Origin: Macrostomum lignano
Taxonomy: Eukaryota
Assembly (NCBI GenBank): GCA_002269645.1
Contig: NIVC01000882.1
Span: 248,001-312,000 of the forward strand
Length of the DNA: 64,000 nt
Reading direction: 5' to 3'
In this document: in pieces, positions 39,501 to 52,499 of the stretch
How positions within the stretch are numbered: the first letter of the stretch is position 1
Layout of the letters: the number at the start of each line of letters is the position of its first letter
Made by a program: the position numbers and the translations under genes
The notes under the pieces: generated by a model
The model's database searches: none
Told to the model about the DNA's origin: nothing
Seen by the model: only the letters and a program-made list of their open reading frames with translations

Positions 39501-41418
39501 ATTATTGCATGAGTCTGGGGATGCATTAACGAGAGGCGGACGAGAGCATAGAAATAAAGCGGGCTAAATATATTAATACACAAAATTACATGTACTATAT
39601 AGCTTGTAATTTCAGAATGGTCAGCGACTCCTCCGATTTGTATCCGCGACCGCGTGCCCACAAATCCCCGGCAGACCCTGTCGCAGTTGGTGGTTGTGCA
39701 CAGAATACAATGTTAATTTTCGAGCTTCTCTGCAAAAAATGCGTGATGCACTCAAGATGCGTGCTAAAGTCTACTTCTTTGATTGATGGCTGGGTTTTGC
39801 CTTTTCGCTTGTGATCATCAAAAGCTTGGGCGTCATTGCTACTGGTGTTTCAGTGTGCGCATTATGTCTGGTTATCATATTATGTGCATGTGCAGTGTCT
39901 TTTACCTACATTTTTGTTTGTCTCTGTTTCCTGCATGCTCTTTCGCATTTTTACACCTCGCACATCCTCATTTTTCTCAATTAACAAGTGAAATCTTTTC
40001 TTAAAGACTAATTGCTATTTTAGTTAAGCTAGTAGGTTTTTGGTAATTAAATAATTCAATTTTGTCTATTTTCCAAAAAGTTTCAAAAAATGAATTAATT
40101 AAAATAAATTTGAATTATTTTAAGTTAATTGGAGTAAAATGTCTAATAAGTAACTATAATTTTTTATTTTAAGTACATGTAGCTTTGGTATAAGTATTAA
40201 TGTAATGAGTACTTAAAGTAAAATCAAGCAAGTTATAGTTTTCAGAAATTATGCTACAAATAATCAAATATATACTAGTATCCGAATTCCTTTATTAAGG
40301 AACATGCAGTCGATATTAAATCCACAATGTGCTTTTTGGTGTTCAAGGATAGTTCCCTGACTTTTTCTATTATTAGTAAGATTTTATTATATTTAATGTA
40401 AAAATGAACAATTCTATTCAAGGTAAAAATGAACATTCTTTATTTGTCGAATCATCTTGCCTTTGAAAAGATACATAGTGAAAACTTGATTTTTAATTCA
40501 ACCTTTCAAGACTTATTTAGACTTCTTAATTCAGTGATTAGTTAAACTGATCGAAGTTCTTTCGAGTGCATGCTATAATAATTTCGCACTTTTTCGCACA
40601 CGATAATTTTAAATGTCTGGGATTTAGAGCAGAGTAACAAAATGCTGTGCTCAAAAACATTTCCTTTGTCAATTTCTTGTTCTTTTATTTTTGCAAAAGA
40701 AATTGAACTGCATATTTAAAATAAAAATGGAAGAAAATTTTATTTTCTCTTTAATATTTTTGTCGTTTATTTTCCGCAACAAAGAATAACAAATAGCCTT
40801 GATTTCTTCTCAATTTCAAGTTTTCTTGTGGTTTTAGTAGCAGCTTCTTACAGAAATTGTCAAAAGAATTTTTTTTGTACGATTATTGGTCGATGTATAA
40901 ACTTTTTTTGCAATAACAAAAAGTTGTGACCTAGCTTTGAGAACGACCCAGTCAGTATAGTGAACTAGATATCAGCTGACTTTTCCAATTTAAATTAAAA
41001 TACAAAATATTAAAACAAATACTTTGTGCAAACTCGTCAGACAGCTGTAAAAAGATATTGTTGTGTATAAAAAATGTTTCATATATTTTATTTGCTCAAG
41101 TTATTTTTTATTTATGTATATTAAGCGGTTTTTTTAGACAAAGTAGATCCGAAAGCCCTATTTGAAAAGTATATAAAGGAAATTTCCCTACTTCGTCAGT
41201 GTAAATTATCAACTAATATCTGCTTACAGGCAAACTGTGTTTCCTCAAATTTCGTACTGCTGTCAACATCTGGCAATAATATGTGAGGTAAGTTTGCGAT
41301 CACAAAAGTTATTATTGATTTTGTTTTTAATTTGCCTTTTGATCGTTTTTAAGTCTTATGTTCATTTAGTTAAGCCCTCTTCAACACTATGTGAATATCG
41401 TGCAAGAATATCAAGAAC

Positions 41419-41428
41419 AAAATGGCGG
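41419..41428 (+). promoter_or_regulatory. YY1-like motif AAAATGGCGG about 1 kb upstream of the MEPCE ATG
   Basis: Matches the AA(A/G)ATGGCG YY1 core often found near housekeeping transcription starts. Single motif, no further support. Confidence 0.25.
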
Positions 41429-42480
41429 TATTTTAATTTCACTACTTTCTTCGAAACGGAGACAGAGTTTTATTGACCTACTTAAAACTCCGATTGCCCA
41501 TTGCTTGTTACGCAGTATAATTTTTACTATAATTTGCCAAATAAAATAAGTATGTGTAGCTGCTTCGTTTTTAACTTTCGATATAATAACGTTGACTTAT
41601 TGAAGCAAAAGGACATGTTCGATTACACTTTATTATCATAGGCTTTGACTATTGATACTTTACTGTGTAAAAGTCGAACAACTGTCACTGTACGATAGTT
41701 ATGCTTCTTAATTCAAACACCCATTTGCTACTACTACCACACCAAAGTGAGTCTTCCATTATAATTCTGTTGAATTCTCTGAGGCCTTGGCTTTAGTCGT
41801 TAGAGTATTAAAATGAATAATTGCTAGTTAAAAAAGTTCAATACTAATAGTACTACTACTACTACTATTGCCAGTTGCATAACTTGCAAGTGCAATTGGA
41901 GAGAAATGGCTTACTACATCAGGATGGATACTTTTCAATATCTTTGAGTATATTTGGCCTTGGCTCAAAAATTTTTGATTTTTTAGATTCTAGCTCTTTA
42001 TTTTAGGTTTTTTTTCGGATTTATAAAAAGAAGCTTTTAGCTTTTATTTATATACTTAATATAATATATAAAGTCATATTACTTATTTACTTATATACTA
42101 AATTAGTCAACTAAATTAGTCAACTTATGTGTCTATTAGATTTAGAGACATTATAATAAATGTATCATGATTTAAATAAATTTAATTCTTAAGCATAAAA
42201 TAGACAGAGACCCAGGCAAAGGCAAAGACCCAAGGGGGTAGGGTGGTTGCCACCTCTTTTAGCAGAGACCTGAAAAAATGGGGACCTAGCACATTTTTGC
42301 AAAAATATAGAGCCATCCCTTTATCCCCCTTTAGCTTTGGGCCTTTACCTTCCAAAATCTATCCCTTAACAAATTTGTGGTTTGCCACTGATCAAAGTAG
42401 GCCAGAAACTTTTTTTACAATACTTTGCTTTAAAATTGATAAAAGTTTTGATAAAAATTTAAACTTTTGACTTGCCTACT

Positions 42481-43834
42481 ATGAGTAGTCAGCATCGATT
42501 TTCAACTGTTGTCACTTATACAGGCATGGAAAACTACAGCGCCTATTCCAACAGCAGACGCGGTGGCTGCACAAAATTTGAGCATCGCCACTGGCCCGGT
42601 GCACTCAGGCAGACCAGCTGGCCTGGCCGCGTTTCCAAGCAGCACCAGCAGCTGCAACAGCATCATATATCTGGGCCGCGCATTCTCCGACAACGGCGCG
42701 CCAATTCTTACAGCTCCGACCCGCTCAACCTGCGCTGGGTCGCCCAGGAGAGCCTCCGCCGGGAGCTGGCGGGCGAGTCGCCGATGCCGGGCGACAGCGC
42801 TTTGAATTCACCGGTGCTCGCCGATGCGTCTTCCTCTTCAGGTTTGTCGGTCGCCGAGGCAACGGCGGCGGCATCTACAGCAGCGACAGTTGAAGCTGCG
42901 GCAGCCGAAGTGGCGACTGTGGCGCCGGCGCCTGCGTCCTGGCGACAGCGTCGAAGCTCCGCTGAGGCATCGGCCGCGGCAGTCGGCGCCTCCGGATCTG
43001 GTGGCCAGTTCAACAGGCAGCGATCGCTGAGCTTCAAGCGGCCGCCGCCGCACCGATTTGTGCCGGTCTATGGCAACTATCGGGCCTCGAGAAGGGGCGG
43101 CCTGAACATTGACCGGATGCAGGACGACCGCCTGCAGCTGCTGCAGCCCGATTGGTACACGGATAAGGAGGTGCGCGTCTGATGGGCTTCTCCTATCGCT
43201 TTCAAACTCCCCTTACACACCACACGGCCAGTGTCAATCGTCATTGTCAAATTGCTTTTTTAAGCGCCAGAATCGCCGAATTCAGGATGCCAAAATTACA
43301 TGTAAAGTTGATGTGTCATCACACACGCCATACATGCGCAACCCCCCCCCCTGATTTACACTGGCGACTTACCCCTGGTTCACCACAATTTGGCCAGCAG
43401 TTGCGCATGTATGACACACTCTATGACACAAAAAATCTGGATTGTCGATGTTAGATTGACACAGCACAGATGTCATTATTCTACACTTTAAATTTATTGC
43501 TATTGCAAAGGTAAGAAGGGGTGGATATAGGTAATAAAGATGGGAAAGCAAGAACGTGATGATTATGCGTACATAGGGTGACTGTAAATAGAGTTATATA
43601 TCCAGCTCGCAGGCCATCTCATCCGCGCCGAGTCGTACTGCCCACAGCCGGTGCAGGAGGTGCTGCTGCTCACGCTGCAGGCACCCTACCGGCGAGGTCA
43701 AGCGCGAACTCGGCGTTATGTCGACTGTCTGCTGGCTGACGCCGGCGCCCCGGACACTGCCGGTGGCGCGGCCTTTGTTCGCGCCCAAGCCATGAAGCGC
43801 GCCCTGTGACGCTGACTTTTACCATCATGACAGC

Positions 43835-43866
<32 letters not shown>

Positions 43867-44927
43867 GTTTTTGTTGTATATACAATGTCACCCAATGTCG
43901 CTCACTTTCAACCAATGCTACTCACTGTCAATCAATTGCGCAGGTGCTTGACATCGGCTGCAACGACGGCGTGTTCTCCCTAAAGATCGCCGAGGCCCTG
44001 AAGGTCCGCTCGCTCACCGGGGTGGACATCGACGCCCAGCTGGTGGGCTCAGCCCAGGCCAATCTGCGCCGGAAACTGACCGAAGCGGAGGAAGAGGCCC
44101 AGCTGCGCCGTCAGCTCGCTAGCGAAGGCTTCCCAAGCGTTGCTGACGAGCAAACTTCTGCTTCTTCTGTCGCGTCTTCTTCTGCTTCTGGTGTTGCCAA
44201 TTCGTCGGCTTTAGTCTCCACAACTGCTGGCGGTTTTCCTCATAACGTGTCCTTTGTTACTGGCAACTACGTGCTTGAAAATGAGTCCCAATTGGCCAGC
44301 ATTGAGGAGAACAAATACGACATAATCCAAGCGTTCAGCATCACCAAATGGATTCACCTCAACTGGGGCGATCGCGGTTTGAAATTATTTTTCAAACGAG
44401 CATTTCGCGAGCTCAGGCCGGACGGCAAGTTCATAGTTGAGCCGCAGCCGTACCAGACCTACAGGCGGCACCTGCTGTGCCCCGAGCATCGCCGCAACTA
44501 CGCCTGCAATATTGAACTGCGGCCGGAAAGGTTCCGCGCCTATCTGGAACAGGAAGTCGGCTTTGCCCACATACTGGCCATCTCCGAGCAGCAGCAGTGT
44601 CACGGATTCCAGCGCCCGTTGCTTATGTGCAGCAAGCCGACGGGCTGTACACCAGCACCTCCCCTGTCCCTGGGACCGCTTGGTCAAATGCAGCAGCATC
44701 AGTTGCTCCAGCTACAGCGAGCTGACTCAGCCGACCGCCTATTCATGGACCATATGGCCGCGGCCTCGAGCACCACTGTGGACACGCCAAGGTCAATTCG
44801 TCTGCCCGAAGAGGTCGTCAGTCCCTTGTGGGAGGTCGACGAGGAAACCGAGGACAACAACAATAATAATAATGCTGACGGCATTAGGGTCGTGGAATCG
44901 GCAGAACTCCCGGTTCAAGTGGGCTAA
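42481..44927 (+). CDS. MEPCE: 7SK snRNA methylphosphate capping enzyme (MEPCE/Bin3), about 557 aa; exons 42481-43170, 43944-44927
   Basis: The spliced junction reads YGNY...DDRLQLLQPDWYTDKE|VLDIGCNDG (SAM motif I), then GVDIDAQLVGSAQANL, FPHNVSFVTGNYV, YDIIQAFSITKWIHLNWGDRGLKLFFKRAFRELRPDGKFIVEPQPYQTY and GFQRPL, all Bin3-family hallmarks. The intron is phase 0 GT-AG. The start codon and any further 5' exon are uncertain. Confidence 0.93.
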
Positions 44928-46539
44928 GTCGCATATGTTTGTTTGTCTTTTTATTCCTCATTTAAATTTAAACGAAAGGTTTACCTTTACTAATTAGCTG
45001 ACGAGGAACAAGTGCATATACTCACGCCTTTCATCCGAAAGATTATTTTAGATTTAGTCGAGTCCAGACTACACCCATCCTATCCGTTTAGGTTACAGTT
45101 AATTAACAATACTAAACTAATATTATAACTAAAATAAGGGAACCACCAATTCTTCTCTCTTATCTCATCTGTTTTAAAATACTGTTTATTATTATTAATT
45201 ATCATTACAGTTGAATTTATAAATTTGGCATTGAAGAAGAGACTTTTTATTATTTATTTATTTTTTCTAGGAAAAAGCACGAAAAATTACATTTGTTGAG
45301 TTTTTATTATTTAATTATTTATACTGATTTATTAATTTTTAGACATTACACTTATTTATTTTTGATTTAATTATATTTAAAAAACAAAATAAAAATATAC
45401 ATTTTTAAAAACAACTTTTCAATGCATTTTTATCATATTTTTAATCGTTTCATCTGTTTATTTATTTAATGAATTTCATTGCTTTCTAGGCGTCAGCTTT
45501 CACAAAGTTAACAGTAATAAAAGAATTAATATGCGACAAAGCCCTTGAGACCAATCTTCATTTCCTTGAAATTATTGTAAAGAGCAAATTTCTTCAAGTC
45601 TTTTTTGCTTTTTTTCTTTTGTTGTAATTGAACTGACTCGACTGGCTGACTCCGTGCTCGCTCCGTTTGCCTACTTGTCAGCGATGCCATCAGCAGAGTT
45701 TATGCAACTCCTTTTCCCAGGAAATGTCGAGTATTAAAGAGTATTAATTAGCATTAGCTGGTGTAAATATGTTCGTCAAGTTTAGGAATTTAAAATCCCC
45801 TTACTAGCCCTATAATGTAATGTTGTTTTTTGTTACTATAGTCAACTGTTTTATATTTATTGCGATTTAACCCTGTCGTGAAAGTGCTTGAAATTTGCTC
45901 TACATATTCTACAACTGCTACTGTTAGTAAGTATTTTAGAATCTAATTCATCAGATACACACATGTCAATTAATCATCATTATTTAAAAAAATGTGTTAT
46001 AATCATCTAAGATAATTTTGACAGCCAAAAAAACGAATGAAGATTTTTTTAATTTTTGTTTTTTATTTAAACGACAGCAAAATAATCACAAATTAAAAGA
46101 GCTATAGTCTTATAAAATAGGTCATTATATAAAAACGTCATTATAGTGTCGCAGAGGGTCGCATTTCAACTACTTGCATACTCGCACATACTGGTAGTGT
46201 ATAGAAATTCCAAAAAGATTAAATTTGGTATTCAGCTGTAGCACCTCCACATACGCGTTTTAACAGAAATTGTAAATTGAGATTTCAAGTAGGCAGTCAT
46301 ATAATTACAAGAAAAATATTGTTACTATAGCTACTGGTCAGTTAAGTAGTAAATAATGAAAGTAAAAAACAGGTCCTGGAAACAACAATGCAGAATAAAA
46401 GAATTTATAAAAATCGATGTTTTCGTAAGCAAGCAGCTCGACATGATTAAAATGGATAAAACTACTGATTATTAAAAAAATGAGTAATAAGTTAAGTTGG
46501 GAGCACGAAATCTTGTTGTTGAGCAAAATATTTACCTTC

Positions 46540-48420
46540 GGGTTGCAGATAGCAGTGAATGGGTTTTGCAGATAGCTGTGAATGGGTGTTGCAGATAGCT
46601 GTGAATGGGTGTTGCAGATAGCAGTGAATGTGGGTTGCAGATAGCAGTGAACGGGGGTTGCAGATAGCAGTGAATGGGTGTTGCAGATAGCAGTGAATGG
46701 GTTTTGCAGATAGCTGTGAATGGGTGTTGCAGATAGCTGTGAATGGGTGTTGCAGATAGCAGTGAATGTGGGTTGCAGATAGCAGTGAACGGGGGTTGCA
46801 GATAGCAGTAAATGTGGGTTGCAGATAGCAGTGAATGGGTGTTGCAGATAGCAGTGAATGGGTGTTGCAGATAGCAGTGAATGTGGGTTGCAGATAGCAG
46901 TGAACGGGGGTTGCAGATAGCAGTGAATGTGGGTTGCAGATAGCAGTGAATGGGGGTTGCAGATAGCAGTGAACGGGGGTTGCAGATAGCAGTGAATGTG
47001 GGTTGCAGATAGCAGTGAATGGGGGTTGCAGATAGCAGTGAACGGGGGTTGCAGATAGCAGTGAATGTGGGTTGCAGATAGCAGTGAATGGGTGTTGCAG
47101 ATAGCAGTGAATGGGGGTTGCAGATAGCAGTGAATGGGTGTTGCAGATAGCTGTGAATGGGTGTTGCAGATAGCAGTGAATGTGGGTTGCAGATAGCAGT
47201 GAACGGGGGTTGCAGATAGCAGTGAATGTGGGTTGCAGATAGCAGTGAATGGGGGTTGCAGATAGCAGTGAACGGGGGTTGCAGATAGCAGTGAATGTGG
47301 GTTGCAGATAGCAGTGAATGGGGGTTGCAGATAGCAGTGAATGGGGGGTTGCAGATAGCAGTGAATGGGTGTTGCAGATAGCAGTGAATGGGTGTTGCAG
47401 ATAGCAGTGAATGGGGGTTGCAGATAGCAGTGAATGGGTGTTGCAGATAGCAGTGAATGGGGGTTGCAGATAGCAGTGAATGGGGGTTGCAGATAGCAGT
47501 GAACGGGGGTTGCAGATAGCAGTGAATGTGGGTTGCAGATAGCAGTGAATGTGGGTTGCAGATAGCAGTGAATGGGGGTTGCAGATAGCAGTGAATGGGG
47601 GGTTGCAGATAGCAGTGAATGGGTGTTGCAGATAGCAGTGAATGGGTGTTGCAGATAGCTGTGAATGGGTGTTGCAGATAGCAGTGAATGTGGGTTGCAG
47701 ATAGCAGTGAACGGGGGTTGCAGATAGCAGTGAATGTGGGTTGCAGATAGCAGTGAATGGGGGTTGCAGATAGCAGTGAACGGGGGTTGCAGATAGCAGT
47801 GAATGTGGGTTGCAGATAGCAGTGAATGTGGGTTGCAGATAGCAGTGAATGGGGGTTGCAGATAGCAGTGAATGGGGGGTTGCAGATAGCAGTGAATGGG
47901 TGTTGCAGTTAGCAGTGAATGGGTGTTGCAGATAGCAGTGAATGGGTGTTGCAGATAGCTGTGAATGGGTGTTGCAGATAGCAGTGAATGTGGGTTGCAG
48001 ATAGCAGTGAACGGGGGTTGCAGATAGCAGTGAATGTGGGTTGCAGATAGCAGTGAACGGGGGTTGCAGATAGCAGTGAACGGGGGTTGCAGATAGCAGT
48101 GAATGTGGGTTGCAGATAGCAGTGAATGTGGGTTGCAGATAGCAGTGAATGGGGGTTGCAGATAGCAGTGAATGGGGGGTTGCAGATAGCAGTGAATGGG
48201 TGTTGCAGATAGCAGTGAATGGGTGTTGCAGATAGCAGTGAATGGGTGTTGCAGATAGCAGTGAATGGGGGTTGCAGATAGCTGTGATTGGTGTTGCAGA
48301 TAGCTGTGATTGGTGTTGCAAATAGCAGTGAATGGGGGTTGCAGATAGCTGTGATTGGTGTTGCAGATAGCTGTGATTGGTGTTGCAGATAGCTGTGATT
48401 GGTGTTTCAGATAGCAGTGA
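46540..48420. repeat. Minisatellite, 24-26-bp unit GTTGCAGATAGCAGTGAATGGGT
   Basis: About 75 copies, beginning about 15 nt downstream of the flotillin stop codon. Confidence 0.97.
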
Positions 48421-48434
48421 TTGGTTCAATTCAT

Positions 48435-51400
48435 TCAGGCGGAGCCGGCCACGGTGGCGCCGGGCAGGCGGCCGATGGCCTTGGACAGGTCCACCCCGGT
48501 CAGAGCCTGCACAGCCGGCGGCAGGGAGCTCAACAGGCGCGACACCTCGCTTGTGGTCCGGTCGTCGCCCAGCACGACAATCTCGTCGATGCGGGCCAGC
48601 GGAGCCGCCACCTCGGCTGCCACCTTCGGCAGGGCGTCCAGAGTCAGCTCTAGCACGGCTGCGTCGCCGTAGGCGCGGAAGGCCGACGCCTTCAGGCGCA
48701 TCTCCTCGGCCTGGGGATTGGCGGGCAGGGGATTGGTGAGGACTGGGCTGGGATTGGTGAGGACTGGGCTGGGATTGGTGAATGACTGGGGTGGGATTCG
48801 TGACTGACTGGGGTGGGGATTAGTGAATGACTGGGTGGGATTGGTGACTGACTGGGGTGGGATTCGGGACTGACTGGGGTGGGGATTAGTGAGGACTGGA
48901 GTGGGCATTGGTGAAGGACTGGATGGGGATTGGTGAATGACTGGGTGGGGATTGGTGAATGACTGGGTGGGGATTGGTGAATGACTGGGTGGGGATTGGT
49001 GAATGACTGGGTGGGATTGGTGACTGACTGGGGTGGGATTCGTGACTGACTGGGGTGGGGATTAGTGAGGACTGGAGTGGGCATTGGTGAAGGACTGGGT
49101 GGGGATTGGTGAATGACTGGGTGGGGATTGGTGAATGACTGGGTGGGGATTGGTGAATGACTGGGCGGGATTGGTGAATGAATGGGCGGGATTGGTGAAT
49201 GACTGGGTGGGATTGGTGAATGACTGGGTGGGATTGGTGACTGACTGGGGTGGGATTCGTCCTCACTGACTGGGGTGGGGATTGGTGAGGATTGGAGTGG
49301 GCATTGGTGAAGTACTGGGATGGGGATTGGTGAAGGACTGGGTGGGGATTGGTGAATGACTAGGTGGGGATTGGTAAATGACTGGGCGGGATTGGTGAAT
49401 GACTGGGCTGGGATTGGTGAATGACTGGGTTGGATTGGTGAATGACTGGGTGGGATTGGTGAATGACTGGGTGGGGATTGGTGAATGACTGGGCGGGATT
49501 GGTGAATGACTGGGCTGGGATTGGTGAATGACTGGGTGGGATTGGTGACTGACTGGGGTGGGATTCGTGACTGACTGGGGTGGGGATTGGTGAGGACTGG
49601 GGTGGGGAACAGAATTCCTCACCTGGGCCTTTCCAACAGCTTCAATGGAGGCGGCTTCGGCAGCACCGCGCACCCGGATGGCCTCAGCCTCAGCCTGGGC
49701 CACCTTGACCTGGCGGTAGCGATCCCCGGCCGCGATAGTCTGCACCTGGAAGGCCTGGGCCTCGGCGGGACGGCGCACGATGGCGTCCAGCTCCTTCTCG
49801 TTGCGTATGATTTCTTTCTCTTCAATCTCGATTAGCTTGCGCTTCTCGCGAACCTGCAGGGCATTGTTTGTGCGATGCGAAATGAGTTTAGCCTGGATGC
49901 ATAGGGAATATGGCGTGCTAACTTTTCAATTGCACTATCCGTATTCATGCTGTCAGGTGACAAATCCTCCGTGAAACGTATGCTTCGGAATTTGGAGAAA
50001 TTTCGCCTTAATCAAGCTTTTACGATTGAGAAATTCCCTACCTCGAACTTTGGAAAATGAGAAATTCCCCTCCATTAGGCTTCGGCAACTGATAAATTCC
50101 CCTTCATTAAGCTTCGGAAACTGTGAAATTCCCCCCTTATTAATCTTCGGCAACTGAGAAATTCCCCCTTCAATAAGCTTCGGGAACTGAGAAATTCCCC
50201 CCGTCTTCATTAGGCCTCGGAAACTGAGAAATTCCCCTTCATTAGGCTTCGGCAACTGATAAATTCCCCTTCATTAAGCTTCGGCAACTGAGAAATTCCC
50301 CCTTCATTAAGCTTCGGCAACTGAGAAATTCCCTACTTCATTAAGCTTCGGACACTGAGAAATTCCCCCCTTCATTAGGCTTCGGCAACTGAGAAATTTC
50401 CCCTTCATTAAGCTTCGGCAACTGAGAAATTCCCCTTCATTAAGCTTCGGCACCTGAGAAATTTCCCTCCATTAGGCTTCGGCAACTGATAAATTCCCTA
50501 CTTCATTAAGCTTCGGCACCTGAGAAATCTCCCTTTATTAGGCTTCGGAAACTGAGAAATTTCCCTTTATTACGCTTCGGCACCCGAGAAATTTCCCTCC
50601 ATTAGGCTTTGAAAACTGAGAAATTCCCCCTTCATTAAGCTTCGGCAACTGATAAATTCCCCCCTTCATTAAGCTTCGGAAACTGAGAAATTCCCCTCCA
50701 TTAAGCTTCGGCAACAGAAAAATTCCCCTCCATTAAGCTTCGGCAACAGAGAAATTCCCGCTTCATTAAGCTTCGGCAACAGGGAAATTCCCGCTTCATT
50801 AAGCTTCGGCACCTGAGAAATTCCCCCTTCATTAAGCTTCGGCACCTGAGAAATTCTCCCTTCATCAAAGCTGAGAAATGCCGCTAAGAAGCAAGCACAC
50901 TCTGGAGCAGCCAGATACTAACATCAATTTCAATTTCCTCAGTGCGAATCCTCTGCCGCTCCTTGGCAGACTGCAAATTATAAGCCAATTCAGCTTGCGC
51001 CTTGGCCCGATTCACTTCAACATCAAAGTCGGCCTTCTGTATCTGGAAGTGTCTGGCGCTGTCCGCTATACGCGAGTCCATCTCGTAGCGAACCTCCATG
51101 CGGGAGCGCTGGCACTGGGATTCCACTATGCCAGCGTCTCGCTCAGACTCAGCTGAACCGATTGCCGCGTCCCGCTTCACTATGGCGGTCTGCGTGCGGC
51201 CCAGGCTGTTCAGGTAGTCCACCCGGTCGTAGATATCTTTAATAGTAAATGACAGGATCTCTATGCCCATCTTGCCAACGTCCGGGGCGGCCACGTCGCG
51301 AACTAATTCGGCGAATTGGTCGCGATCTTTGTAGATTGCCTCCACTGTCAGGGTGCCCAGTATAGCGCGCAGGTGGCCCTCCATAGTTTGCAATATGGTG

Positions 51401-52499
51401 TCCTCCATGCTGCGCCGCGATTTGCCCAGGAATTGCTCGCACGCCGTGGTCAGTATCTCCGGATCGCGCATCACCTTCACCTGGGCCACGCCTTGGGTTT
51501 AAGGGTTGCTTGGCAGTTTAGGTTGCGGGAGGATATGGGTCAGGTTTGTGAGGGATATGGGTCAGGTTTGTGAGGGACATGGGTCAGGTTTGTGAGGGAT
51601 ATGGGTCAGGTTTGTGAGGGATATGGGTCAGGTTTGTCAGGGATATGGGTCAGGTTTGTGAGGGATATGGGTCAGGTTTGTGAGGGATATGGGTCAGGTT
51701 TGTGAGGGATATGGGTCAGGTTTGTGAGGGACATGGGTCAGGTTTGTGAGGGATATGGGTCAGGTTTGTGTCAATATTGGTCAGGTTTTTCAGGATTGTA
51801 AGGGCTGGGTGGGTCAAGCAGTTTTTGTAGGCTTTTTTAATAGCTAAAAAACAACTCACCAGTGACAGTCACTGCCACTCCTTCAGATGTTTCAACATCT
51901 TCACACTTTGGTTTCAAAGTGAAAACTTCTAGCGTTAATCTACATAAAACATACAAAAGGCATAGAGAAGCTTCTGTAAAACAATGTATTAAGAACAAAA
52001 GTAATTTTTTACCTCTGCACCTGGGTGACACAACAACAAGCCCAGCCCCAGCCTCCAATGATGCGACGAACTCGGTTCTGACCAGTGCAGCCACCTGGCC
52101 AGAAGTTAATATATACTAGACTAGTTAAACTTGAACTTAATACACTTTAACTTTATATGCAATATTTTATAATATATGTGCATTCATTTCAATAATTATA
52201 ATTCTGGCTTGACAAAAATTAGTAAAGAGTTTAAAATAAAAAATCTTCTTGTTTTATTTAAAATAATTCATTTTATATTATGATCATATATAATATAAAT
52301 TAATTTTCTGTTACATTGAATATTAATAATAATAGTATGGTAGAAGACAGAAAGGTAGTACATTTAAGTATATAATATACTTGATTATATTGTAATGCAA
52401 ATAATAATCTAATTCTTAAAAAATAGAAAACAATGTTCTAAACTTCATACCAGAAATTACAAGAGCCTTGTTTGGTCCAACAGTATGAATCTGTCCCAT
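48435..52499 (-). CDS. FLOT2: Flotillin-2 (reggie-1), 428 aa; exons 52499-52451, 52094-52013, 51939-51860, 51491-50923, 49853-49623, 48710-48435
   Basis: MGQIHTVGPNKALVISGGCTG...IIGGWGWACCCVTQVQRLTLEVFTLKPKCEDVETSEGVAVTVTGVAQVKVM (SPFH domain), EA-rich coiled coil, C-terminus LPPAVQALTGVDLSK. The exons sum to 1287 nt (428 aa plus stop). All introns are GT-AG with matching phases. Confidence 0.95.
48715..49610. repeat. Minisatellite, about 21-25-bp unit GGGATTGGTGAATGACTGGGT (FLOT2 intron 5)
   Basis: Fills the intron from just after the donor to the acceptor. Confidence 0.95.
49990..50870. repeat. Minisatellite, about 34-37-bp unit TTCATTAAGCTTCGGCAACTGAGAAATTCCCC (FLOT2 intron 4)
   Basis: About 25 moderately diverged copies. 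Confidence 0.95.
51530..51790. repeat. Minisatellite, 22-bp unit ATGGGTCAGGTTTGTGAGGGAT (FLOT2 intron 3)
   Basis: About 11 copies. Confidence 0.96.

Noticed and set aside
31700-42400. A 7SK RNA gene near MEPCE
   Set aside because: By eye I found no 7SK-type terminal motifs with paired GATC elements and an oligo-T terminator. A covariance-model search would be needed to exclude a diverged copy.
46492-48429. 645-aa minus-strand ORF
   Set aside because: It is a translation of a 24-26-bp tandem unit that lacks stop codons on that strand, so openness is expected. No domain and no credible start.
49654-49666. GCTTCGGCAGCAC resembles the U6 snRNA 5' stem
   Set aside because: Only 13 nt match, antisense within a flotillin coding exon, and the rest of U6 is absent.
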